Under the pieces are notes generated by a model that saw nothing but the letters and a program-made list of their open reading frames with translations, did not search any database and had not been told where the DNA came from. Made by a program: the position numbers and the translations under genes. From assembly GCA_043228905.1 (NCBI GenBank), contig JBHGNT010000015.1:5456001-5520000 (forward strand): a stretch of 64,000 bases of DNA, in the 5' to 3' direction. Source of the stretch: Azolla caroliniana. Taxonomy: Eukaryota; Plantae; Polypodiophyta. Each line of letters starts with the position of its first letter. Position 1 is the stretch's first letter. Positions 33,474 through 45,118 of this stretch are shown here, one piece after another.

Positions 33474-36400
33474 TGTTGGGGTATGTCCCTCCAGTGGGAG
33501 GATAATCTAACTGTTCGGAAAGCCGACAGCCAAAGAGTCGGAAAACAGGAGCCGAGTTGATGAGGAGCTCGGCCGAGGCCGAAATCGGAATCGTGTAAAT
33601 AGCCAACTTGGGAGACTATATTTGTAAATAGTCTTAGTGTGCGCCCCATGAGGGCTACGTATGTAAATAACTAGAAAGTTGTGTAAGTATATATGCAACT
33701 TGGGCAAACATGTTTTATTAGAGACGTAGGAACAGTGTACAGAAGTTAGAGTGTGTAGAGAGAGAGAGAGAGAGAGAGAGAGAAACGTGGCATAAGAGGC
33801 TAGGCCACATGAGTGAGAAGGGAATGCACATGCTAGCCGACTAGAAACTTCTACCAGAAGTAAAGGGAGTACAGGGCGAAGTGTGTCGATTGCTTAGCCG
33901 GAAAGCAGAACAGGGCGACATTCCATACAAGACCACCAAGAAGAAGAGAAGTTGCACTGGAACTAGTGCACACGGATGTGTGCTATGTAGATGCTCCATC
34001 GCATCGAGGAGGACAGTACTTTGTAACGTTTATTGAAGACTACAGTCGGAAAACATGGGCCTTCATACTGAAGTCGAAGGATCAAGTACTGTTGGTTTTC
34101 AAGGAGTTCCAGGCAAGAACCGAAAGAGAGTCGGGTCGGAAACTGAAGGTTGTCCGAACCGACAACGGTGGCGAGTACAAAGGGCAATTCGAAGAATACT
34201 GCAAGTGCCAAGATATTCGGATCGAATACACAGTGCCAAAGATCCCATAGTTGAAGGGTCTTGCAGAGAGGATGAATTGAACGATCATGGAGAGAGTAAG
34301 GAGCATGCTCTCTCATGCGAAACTATCGAAATCCTTTTGGGCTGAGGTGATGTACACATTTGTTTATCTGATCAATAGGTCTCCCTCAGTGCCATTAAAG
34401 GGTGATGTCCCACAGAGGGTGTGGACAGGGAAGGATGTCTCCTACCAACACCTAAGGGTGTTTGGATGTTTGGCATATATGCATGTACCAAAGGATCAGA
34501 GGTCAAAGCTCGACAACAAGTTGAAAGCATGCATATTCATGGGATACTCGGAAGATGAGTTCGGCTACAGGTTGTGGGACTTAGTCGACAAGAAGGTAGT
34601 GAGAAGTCAGGATGTAGTCTTTCTAGAAGATAAGACAATTGAAGACTGGAAGCAACAGAAGTCGAAACCAACTCCCCAGTCAACCTCGACTACCATCGAC
34701 TTAAGGCCTAATGAGTCGTCACCGACAGCTGTAAGGAGACAACTGGCCGACAGAGCTAAATCCGAGTCGGTCGACTCGGAAAGACAGACAAACTATGAGT
34801 CGGAGTCGACATAGTTGCAAAAATCAATTGAGGAATATGAGTTGGAGTTGTCCAACCTGGAGATGCCGATTGATGAGCAGAATCCCGAGCAAAGAGAAGA
34901 GCTGGCAAAGACATCCGGAAGAGAGCCAACAGCGAGTGGACGAAGGTACCCACTCAGAGAAAGGAAGGCACCGACTACATATGCCAGTCAATACATCCTC
35001 TTGATTGATGACGGTGAACCGGAGTGCTATAAAGAAGCCATTGCCGACGAGAGCAGAGAAAAATGGCTAAACGCGATGCAAGAGGAGATGGAATCCTTGC
35101 ACGCGAATTACACCTACGACCTAGTAGAGCTGCCGGAAGGTAAGAGAGCACTCGGGAATAAATGGGTCTACAAGGTGAAGACTGGAGAAGTCGACAGCGA
35201 GCCCAGGTATAAAGCCCGCATAGTGGTGAAGAGTTTCCAACAGAGGAAGGGCGTCGATTTTGACAAAATATTCGCACCAGTCGTGAAGATGACATCCATA
35301 CAAATTGTTTTGAGCATAGCGGCCAACATGGATCTGGAGATCGAACGGTTGGATGTCAAAACCGCATTTCTACACGGGGAGCTAGAAGAAGAAATCTCCA
35401 TGCAACAACCCGAAGGCTTTGAGGAGAAAGGGAAAGAGAATCCGGTGTGTCGACTGAGGAAAAGCTTGTATGGACTGAAACAAGCTCCGCGCCAATGGTA
35501 CAAGAAATTCGAGTCCTTCATGATGGAACATCGGTTCCAGAAAACACAAGTCGATCACTGTGTGTTCGTCAAAAGGTACGAAGAAGGAGATTTCTTGATT
35601 CTCTTGCTATATGTTGAGGATATGTTGATAGTCGGTCAAGACACAAGGAAGATTGGAAGCTTGAAGAAAGCTCTCGGCAAATCATTTTTCATGAAAGACC
35701 TTGGACCGGCAAAGCAGATCCTAGGAATGCACATAACCCGAGACAGAGCTCGGAAGGTTCTATGGTTGTCACAACAGAAGTAAGTGATGAAGATCCTAGA
35801 GAGGTTCAACATGTCGAACGCAAAGCCGATCGGCTTAGTGCTGCTGACAAATTGCAGACTAAATGCGAAGTAGTGTCCGAAAGGGCAGAAGGAAAAGGCT
35901 GAGATGAAGAAGGTACCATATGCCTCAGCCGTCGGCAGTCTAATGTATGCTATGGTCTGTACTAGACCGGACATAGCATTTGTTGTGGGAACAATAAGCC
36001 GATATATGAGTAATCCAGGGAGAGAACAATGGGCAGCAGTGAAGTGGATACTCAGGTACTTAAAGGGCACCTCAGGTGTGTCTAAGGTATGGTGTCGGAA
36101 AACTTGTGCAAGAAGGTTTTACCGATTTAGACATGTCCAGAGATGTCAACTCAAGCCGATCCACATCAGGGTACGTGATGATCTATGCAAGGGGAGCAGT
36201 GTCGTGGCAGTCACGACTGCAGAAGTCTGTAGCCTTGTCGACTACAGAGGCAAAGTATATGGCAGTGGTAGAAGCCTGAAAATAGCTGATCTGGATGAGA
36301 AATTTTCTCACCGAACTAGGCATGAAGCAAAAGGAGTTCTTGCTTCACTGTGATAGCCAAAGCGCCATACACCTAGCCAAGAACGCGGCATACCATTCCC

Positions 36401-37158
36401 GGACCAAGCACATACAAAGAAGGTATCAATGGTTACGGGAGAGAGTCTAAGAAGGAGAATTTGCTCTTGAGAATATCCATACTGACGACAATGGATCCGA
36501 CATGCTGAAATGGACAAACTCACAGTCTGTCGAGAGAATACATGACTGACATATTTCCTCCCACAGGAGTGAAGGGGGAGTTTGTTGGGGATATGTCCCT
36601 CCAGTGGGAGGATGATCTGATTGTTCGAAAAGCCGACAGTCGAAGAGTCGGAAAACAAGAGCTGAGTTGATGAGGAACTCAGCCGAGGCCGAAACCGAAA
36701 TCGTGTAAATAGCCAACTCGGGAGACTATATTTGTAAATAGTCTTAGTGTTCGTCCCATGAGGGCTACGTATGTAAATAACCAGAAAGTTACGTAAGTAT
36801 ATATGCAACTAGGGCAAACATGTTGTATTAGAGACGTAGGAACAATGTATAGAAGTTAGAGTGTGTAGAGAGAGAGAGAGAGAGAGAGAGAAGCGTGAGC
36901 CGCGCCATAGTTGTGTGTGTAACAGTAGACGCGAAGAGCCCTGTGCGGCTGAAGCACGCGATAGAGTGTTGTATTCCTCTCGGTATTGTATATCCACTAG
37001 TTATAGTGAAGATTCTGTTCCCATGGTTTTCTCCTGTTTTAGGGTTTCCATGTAAATCTCTGTGTTAGTCGTCTATCTTGTCTTTTCGGCATTTTTGTAA
37101 TTCGTATTTCAGCATTGTCTATTTATTGTGATTTATATTCCACAACGATTTCTCAACA
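33474..37158 (+). mobile_element. Ty1/copia element C6 (Tnt1/Tork-like) with TSD, lacking U5, PBS, gag and PR
   Basis: TSD ttatg (33469-33473 / 37159-37163). The 3' LTR 36583-37158 follows PPT gaagggggag. The 5' LTR stops at its (GA)n (~33783) and runs into WHKRLGHMSEKG. INT, RT (LDVKTAFLHG, YVEDML, MKDLG) and RH are present with stops. Confidence 0.92.
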
Positions 37159-39258
37159 TTATGCCTTTATGATGAAGGTGGCAGCAGATCGTGAACCAGA
37201 GAGATTTGCCGAAGCCACAAAGGACCTGTGATGGGTCGAAGCAATGAACGAGGAGATGCAAGCATTCAACAAGAACAAGACATGGGATCTCATCCCCCAC
37301 TCACCTCATAAGAAGGCAATCGGCTACTGATGGATATTCAAGGTGAAGTATAATGCAAATGTCGTCATCAACCATCAGAAAGCTCTACTTGTGGCAAAAG
37401 GTTACGCATAGACCTATGGAGTTGACTATGAGGTGACCTTTGCCCATGTGACAAAGATGACAAGTATGCAGACTGTGATAGCGTTTGTTGCAGCGAAAGG
37501 GTGGCACCTCCATCAAATGGATGTCAAGAATGTCTTTCTTCAAGGGGAATTAGAAGAGGCGGTATACATGGTACAACCACCCGGTTTCGAATCTAGCAAC
37601 CATCCAAAAGTCGTGTGTCGACTAAAGAAGCCACTCTATGGCCTTAACCAAGCACTACGTGCTTTGCACTCGAAGATCACTTAGTATCTTCACCAAATTG
37701 GCTTCCACATGTCGAAATCGGATAACTCCCTCTACATCAGAAGTGAGTCGAACAACCCGATTGTCATCATCCTTTACATGGATGATCTGGTCATCGGAGG
37801 AAAAAGTCTAGCCGACATTAGTAAAGTCAAATCACTCTTATCCAGCAGATTCGAAATGAAAGATATGCATGAGCTCCATTACTTCCTCAGTATAGAAGTA
37901 ATTAGGACACTAGTCAGGATTCTGATCTCCCAACGGCACTACATCCTCAACTTGTTATACAAGTTCGGGATGACTAAGTGCAAATCTATGGCAACCCTTC
38001 TCGACCGAAACCTCAAACTGGATGCCAACTCCGGCACCACAAAGTGTGAGCCAACACACTATCGACAACTTGTTGGTAGTCTTATCTACCTCACGATCAC
38101 TCGACCCGACTTGAGCTATCCGGTCGGCCTCCTTAGTGAATTCATGCAAACTCCACAAGATATTCATTTGGATTGTGCTAATTCTATGACACATAACTAA
38201 TAAGCTTCCACATTACCCATAACCCATGAGCTTCTATAATTAATGTTGAGAGAGGGTAAATTATATAAAGCACCCTCCTCCCACTTTGTAACACGTCGGT
38301 TAATCTCCTTTGTAATACACATGTTTTTGAGTATTCTTAGACTATTTTTCTATCTAGCTTGTATCTCTCCTCACACACACACATAACACACATCTCTAAT
38401 CTATTCTGCTACACAGAATCACCCACGATTCTTTACAATTATTGTACAAGGAGGTTAGATGTTCACACGCTTGAGGTGTCGTTGAGTGTGTTTCCACACA
38501 CAGGAAGTTGAGTTTGATTCTCAAGAAGTGTAGAAGCTCAAGGAGAAGCTACAATGAAAAGGAAAATTGAAGAACCTCTCAAAAAGTGCTCTATTATCGT
38601 GTCGTGCTTCAAGCCAAAGCTTGGAGAAAGGAAAACCAGAACAATGGTCACAATAGATAGACCTAGAAAGAAATCATTGAGATTTTGGTCAATCACAAGG
38701 AAAATTAGAAGAATGGTCACAATAGAAAGACCCAAGGCAGAGAAGTGAACTAGATTCTACATTAATGCATGTGCAACTTGCCGTGTGTATCCACTCACAA
38801 TTCTCTTCACTCATATACCATTGATACACCATGTGCCCCCTCCCACCTATGACATATGCAATATAATCCTATATGTCTATATCTCTACTGGATGGTTCTT
38901 TATACTCCTCTCATGTCTTAGGGTAGTGGAAATTTTTGTTAGTGTTGGTGTCTAAAACCAATGAACTAGCATGGCCGAGGGACTTGATGATTAAGTGTAT
39001 TGAGAGGCCTCTACTCGATGATTAAGCACATAATTTCTTAAGACATTTTTTGATTGGATGCCTTGGGAGAAATTTGAACCACGTTCGGAATTAAGTTACA
39101 GACGAAGTGAGTAGAAGACGTCGTGCATTAGGGGAAAGTATAATGACTGATATATGTATGGGGGACACACAGATGTGCTTACTATATACATGGCTGAAAG
39201 TGCTTATTTCCCATTGAATTTATGTGCTACATTGAATTTAAATTGAGAAGGGGGTGGA

Positions 39259-40333
39259 TGTCGTGAAGATTTTCGGCAATAGTGTGAAAATCCCATAAAA
39301 CGTACGAAATCGAGTATGAATCACATAATACAATAATTGTGAAGATAACATTTTAAATAAATTTAATATCTAAGTACAAAATGATGGAGATTTCGAATGC
39401 ACTTTATTACACGAGAAACGAACAACTAAATGTCAAGATATGAGGGTATAAAGTTTGTGAAAGGAAAAGAGAAAATTGTGAGATATCCCACATAGGCACG
39501 ACAAATATGGCTCTCATCATATATAAGGTAGAGCAAAAGATATTATCTTTGTGTCTATGTGTGGAGCATAGAAAGTTCAAGGTAACTTAAACTAAGAGTG
39601 GAGGTGGGCTAGCTACTCGTAAAGGGTTTTGGCCAACCAAAACCGGACCGGCGATGGAGCCGGTGATCCGGCGGCATCCAACGGCAAACCGGCATCCGGC
39701 GCCAATGAGACGACGGTATCCGGCGAGGCACCGGTAACCGACGGCATCCAGCGACTAGATAAATAAATATATAAATATATATACATATATACATATACAA
39801 GGAGGGCAAGTAAGGATTCGAACCTTGCACCTCCAAGTTAGGAGTCAATTGGCTTACCATTAAGCCATGCCATTTAGTTGAATTTATATTTCTATCATTA
39901 TACTTTTACATGTAAATTCTCATACATGAGAGCTAAAATGAGTGACATGGTTATCATGCACCACATGTAATACATAAGCGCCAACTGGCAAACATGCAAT
40001 TTATGCATGTCTTGTACCCTCACATGCATCATATGCATGAGAGCATCTATAAAAGAAGGGGGAGGAGAAAAAACACGTTTTTTTTTGTTATGAAATTTAA
40101 GAGGAAGAAATTCGTTATCAAATTGATCGTGTAACTTGTTTCTTAAATCTAAAGTTAAAAGTTCAATCAATCTCTCTTAATCGTGTAATCTCAACTTCTC
40201 TCTTTCCCAATCTATCTTAAGTACTTTCTCGCTAAAGCTTGCACCAAAGCTTGTACCGACTTTGAATCCTTCCGGTCCAGAACCCCGGCGGTTCCGCCTC
40301 ACGATTCGCGCGTTGTGATGGATCTTCACGACA
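39259..40333 (+). mobile_element. Gypsy LTR (1075 bp) preceded by a PPT-like purine run
   Basis: Perfect 12-bp inverted termini tgtcgtgaagat...atcttcacgaca, with the same first 11 nt as the outer Gypsy LTR. TATA ctataaaag at ~40046. Absent from the paralogous site at 48381-48410. Confidence 0.8.
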
Positions 40334-40641
40334 CCACACGAACGCGAGCCCCCACTACCACAAATTATGACGTGCACTCTCCCGCATTGGGGAGATGCTA
40401 GGGTGAACATGTCTTAGGGTAGTGGAAATTTTTGTTAGTGTTGGTGTCTAAAACCAATGAACTAGGCCAATGGCCGAGGGACTTGATGATTAAGTGTAGT
40501 GAGAGGCCTCTACTCGATGATTAAACGCATGAGAGATTGAAACCAACAACTTCGCCAAACATGGGCCAACTTGATGATAAAGCATAAGCATACTGAGAAG
40601 ATTCAACCATGAGCAACCAATGAAGCAAAAGCCATGCACAA

Positions 40642-40982
40642 CCAATGTTTCCACCCAATGTGGCAGACTTAATTCAAAGGATTGAGTGGGGCCCACAAAC
40701 ACAAGCCCCTGCTGTCACAAATTGTGACATGCAGTCTCCCAATTTGGGAGATCCCTATTTGGAGAAAGCCAGGGCATACAATCCCTCCAGCAATGCTATG
40801 GAAGCATTGGCCAATGTTTCCACCCAATGTGGCAGACTTAATTCAAAGGATTGAGTGGGGCCCGCAAACACAAGCCCCTGCAATCACAAATTGTGACATG
40901 CAGTCTCCCAATTTGGGAGATCCCCATTTGGAGAAAGCCTAGGGCATACAATCCCTCCATCAATGCTATGGAAGCACTGGCC
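40642..40982. repeat. Two tandem copies of a 169-bp unit
   Basis: ccaatgtttccacccaatgtggcagac at 40642 and 40811. Confidence 0.9.
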
Positions 40983-43368
40983 CTACGGCAATCAGCCTTG
41001 CTGATTACTCACCCTGCCTAGGTGAGCATGTTTTCACTTACAACCGCGCTCTCATTTTATAGCCATTTTTCTCAGCGTCCTCTCTATCTTGCATCTTTCT
41101 TTATTCACCATGACACCCACATGAATAGTCGGTCATTTTAACCTTCCCCATATTTAGTGTTTTCTTTCATTCATCTCTATATAGATCACAAGTCACACGC
41201 TAGGTTTTCCTTCTCGTAATAAATTTAACTTTAGTACAACGGTTAGAGATCAACCATGCACGTTGTGACGTAGAACTGTGCATTTGCGGCGAATAACATA
41301 TGTGTGCATTGTTACAACCAACAAACGCCCCCACACTTCTTGATTGGTGTTTTTCTGACTTGTTTCTTTTACTACTCACTTCATTAGCAATCAAAACTTT
41401 GATGAGAAATCAGACATTAGAACTAGACCTTGAATCACCCAACAAGGAGGCCAATTTTGACCCAATTTCAACAGGTCATTGCAATTTCAATGAATGACAT
41501 TATACGTTGAGCATATGAGCAATGAGATTCATACTCCACCAAACCTTCATCACATACCTTGAAAATTCACACTTGATATATTCTTAAGGCCATGACACCA
41601 CCTCAATGCCTAAATTGTGAAAGAGAATTTGAAGCATTGTAAGGGCTCTCCTTGAGTAGTGGTATGATGTAAGGAACATCTAGGATTTCACTCTTATTAG
41701 TTTTTTGTATAATGCATTCTACATTCCACACAAGCTTTGGCAATCTATCATCTAGGATATTATTAACCATTCTACTATACTTGCATGCTTACAATCAAAT
41801 GCAAACTTGAAAGAGAACAAGTACAAATTTGCAAGACTGAAACTACCAAGATGTCCCACATGTTTTGCATTTGTATGTCCTTTATGATAGATAATTGGTT
41901 CTAATCTCTACGCAAGCATCTTATACAAATTTGATTAGGTGTTGTATATATACATCAAATCGGCCATGATGTGGGTCTATGGGATTTGAATGTTATGTCC
42001 GTTTGTAATTGTAGCTTGCGATCTAATAATACCAAGGTATATCTTTCATGGGGAAAAAAATTACAAAATTATATATTCCTAGCATTGTATAACATCATTG
42101 TGATGAACCTAAAACATAGGGATCTCGAATGATCTTAAAACATGGTTGGGACAAGAACTATCAAGCCAAAACTATGATTAATTATCATTAACTCTAAATT
42201 GTGACTATTACACGGTTTTATTACAAGATCCTTGGAACTAACTAAGATTATAGTGAGAGGAGAGAATAAGTAAATTAGGAAATCAAGGAATGAACCAAAA
42301 TGAGGAGAAGCTCCTCCATATACGGGCTAAGGGGTGGTTGTTACCCAAGTCGTTATCCCAAGGGGTGGTTTTTGGGCTTCCCAAGCTGTTATGCCAAGAA
42401 TTGTTATGCCAAGCCGTTTTGGGATTTGAGACTGGGACTAAGACTGAAATTGGGATTAGAATTGGTTCCCTTCTTGGGTCCTAACTTACGTTATGGTCAT
42501 GCCAACTTCAATCGGGACTTCGTGGGTCTGTGCCAACTTGTTTTGGGGCTAGTTTTGGCTTGGCATTGTCTAGGGACACCACATCATGGTACATATAGCT
42601 TTAACAAAATGATACGTGTATCTTGTAGCAATCAAATATCTTTTGCATCATAAAATTGATGATTTGGTGTATCTTGTAGCAATCAAATATCTTTCGCATC
42701 ATAAAATTGATGATTTGATCAATTTCGTAGTGTCATATTCAATATAGAATATACATTTATTTCAAGAGAGTTTAGAAATAATTAGAAAATGTACAATTAA
42801 GTTCATCCATTATTACATAGATGAATTCGATTATAATTGAATTTGACTTCTCATCTGACTTGGGTCGTGAATTGATGGAGCTAGTTTTAAACTTGAAACT
42901 TAGTGGGAGCATTTAAAGATACTATGAGATCCATGCTTTAATGTATTCATAGAGTAAATGATGGTTTAAAGTAAACCCAATGAGATAATCATCAATTACA
43001 AATTTTGATGATGAGTGTGTTAGTGTTATTATACCCCCAACTGAACGTACCATACCGAGATTAACAAGCATTGCTTCTTGAACATGTCCCTCGATTTGCT
43101 TTCGGATGATACTACTAATTTCATCGGGTCAAATGTTTATTACCATCTTTTATCCACCAAAATATGTTACCAAAAGAAGGGAAGAAAAGAGTGAAACTTG
43201 TTGCGCGACAAGTTATGGTAAGAAAAACTCTCCTACTTCAAGAATGGTTTTGGTGGTCTAAGTTGAGTCTAGGTATATCGTGAAGAGAACCAACCGGTTG
43301 CTCGATAGTGGCACACTATTACATACATATAATATGAGATAAAGCAAATGTGATAAGACAAACACAGA

Positions 43369-43401
<33 letters not shown>

Positions 43402-43434
43402 CCCACATATGAAAGCAGGGTTGTAGAGTAAATC

Positions 43435-43640
43435 ATACCCTTCTCGGCTTTTTGGCTAAGATCAAGTGTAGTATTTGTTCTTATCAACTTAATATCTGAT
43501 ATGTGGCATATCAAGCCACATGATATTAACCTAATTTTTTTCATGGGGGCAACTCCTCTCTGAGACGGCTTGTTGCCCCTGGGAGTTGCATGCGTCGCCT
43601 CAGTCTTGCACTGTCTCTGAGGTCACACAGGCACGCCCTG
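43435..43640 (+). pseudogene. U2: U2 snRNA copy, full length but mutated, with promoter deletion
   Basis: atacccttctcggctttttggctaagatcaagtgtagta... with several mismatches in the invariant 5' region. The USE (43400-43410) is only ~24 nt upstream and the TATA segment is missing. Confidence 0.85.
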
Positions 43641-43789
43641 CCTTTCAAATAAACATTAAAGAAAGATAATCTAGTTGTGGCTGTATAAAATGCTCATTCC
43701 TTTATTTTGTAAATCCAATTCCAATGAGTTAAAATATTGGGACAAAACTAAAAGTGACCAAAACTAAAAAAAATGGCAAAATGGCAAAA

Positions 43790-44875
43790 ATTACCCAAAT
43801 GCCCAGAGTGCACTATGGAGCTTGTCATCCTAATTTGTTCAATTTTCGTTCACAATCTTTTTGAGGATGGTTTGCAGTTTCTTATTCGTGGACTCGGCCA
43901 AGCTGTTTGCCTAAGGGTAGTATGGTGTGCTTTTCTTATGCACTTGTGTAGTGTGTGGTTAGATCTCAAATACATCGATTGAGAAAGTGACCTCCTAGGT
44001 CGCTAACGAGCTCGATTAGACAGCCAAATCGACACCATAGATATTCATAAACGAACTTGGCGGTAGACATGGCCATGTTGTTGCGCAGTGCCTTTGCTTC
44101 GACCCATTTTGTGGAATAATCGGTTGCCACGATGATATATTTATTCCCGGTTCGAGTAGCAGCGAGGTAGCAGCCGGTTTGAATGGGCCGACGAAATCCA
44201 ATCCCCATTTTTGAAAATGTTCTAATGGAAGAACCAGTTGGTGAGGCATACATGCTTGCTCGGTGGGTTGGCCCATGCGCTGACATAAATCGCATTGTCT
44301 ACAGAATTCGTGTGCATCCTTTTTCGTTGTGGACCACCATAACCCACTCTGCCAAATTTTTCAAACCGTGGCATCTCCGGCATAGTGCCCACTGGCTATT
44401 CCATAATGTGCTTCCCGTAGGATCGCGTCTTTTTCGAACTATCACACCTCGCGGTGCTAGATGTCGTCCAAGCTCTTGTGGTAGAGTGTTTCCGCGAATA
44501 GGCAAAAATTTCAGGTGCAGACTGTCAACCATTTCTTGGCATCTACGGGCAAATGGTCAAGTGGAAGTTTGGTGTTGAGGAAGTGCATCATGTCATTTAT
44601 CCATTCATCCTCAATTTCGGTATGTGGTGTGGTCGTATCAATACTGAAGATATTGAAATCGGGTAGATCATCATATACGGTTTCGGCTAGTTCCCCCAAT
44701 TCGAGCCGGCTCAGGTAGTTTGCCACCACATGTTGCACACCTGGCTGATGTTGTATGTCGAATTCGAATTCCCGAAGAAGTAACATCCAACATGCCAATC
44801 AGCCAATCAGTGCCTACTTGTTGACGAGGTTTAGTAACACCGAGTGATCCACATGGAACGTAAATTTTCGGCCGA
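43790..44875 (-). pseudogene. Ty3/gypsy RNase H-integrase fragment
   Basis: WMLLLREFEFDIQHQPG..NYLSRL; WGLDFVGPF; IIVATDYSTKWVEAKAL..CRFGC..LVSD.GGHFLN; STPYYP*AN. Confidence 0.85.
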
Positions 44876-45019
44876 TTGGGTCCCAACTCCTTATGCTTGT
44901 CCCAACATCGATCATGACCCCTTGTCCCAACTCATTTCGGGGCTTCTTGGGTCTGTCTTGACTCGCGACTCATCTTGGGGTTGGTTTTGGGGTGGCTCTT
45001 TTTAGGGACACCACATTAT

Positions 45020-45118
45020 TGGGGGTAGCTTCCACTTGAGGTAGCTTGTTGCTTTTGGGAGTTGCATGCATCACCTCGGTCTTGCACTGATGCCAAGGTC
45101 ACATAGGTGTGCCACCCT
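45020..45118 (+). pseudogene. U2: U2 snRNA 3'-half fragment (stem-loops III-IV)
   Basis: gggggtagcttcc...gcttgttgc..gggagttgcatgc...tcttgcactg aligns with 43545-43640 and 47422-47515. The 5' half is replaced by retroelement DNA. Confidence 0.75.

Larger units (their letters stand above)
30540..38180 (+). pseudogene. Ty1/copia element C5 (C3/C4 family): end of gag, PR, INT, RT; host to a MITE and to C6
   Basis: RENPPSFFDLQ (as in C3), WFVDSGAS, LWHKRIGH, IHSDMWG...FIDDFSRHTW and RT LYMDDLVI/FEMKDM. The reading frame resumes across both insertions. Confidence 0.88.
38735..43650 (+). repeat. Segmental duplication unit A of the U2 array (paralogous to ~45430-48580)
   Basis: Homologous blocks: 38736-38965/45429-45625, 39036-39125/47935-48020/61360-61445, 40340-40405/48399-48465, 41448-41870/45748-46140, 42590-43320/46230-46935. 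Confidence 0.85.

Noticed and set aside
39801-39875. Functional tRNA gene
   Set aside because: The anticodon arm does not pair and the acceptor stem is only partial, so it is reported as a tRNA-like cassette instead.
42617-42718. Short tandem duplications (51 bp here; 27 bp at ~55945; 42 bp at ~60032)
   Set aside because: Ordinary local slippage or repair duplications; the 51- and 27-bp units are single-copy in their paralogous blocks.
43545-43590. Apparent compensatory change in U2 stem III (gcaactcc/ggagttgc vs gcagctcc/ggagctgc at 47427-47467)
   Set aside because: Both changes are transitions in CAG/CTG context and can be explained by CHG-methylation decay, so they are not evidence that the 43435 copy is functional.
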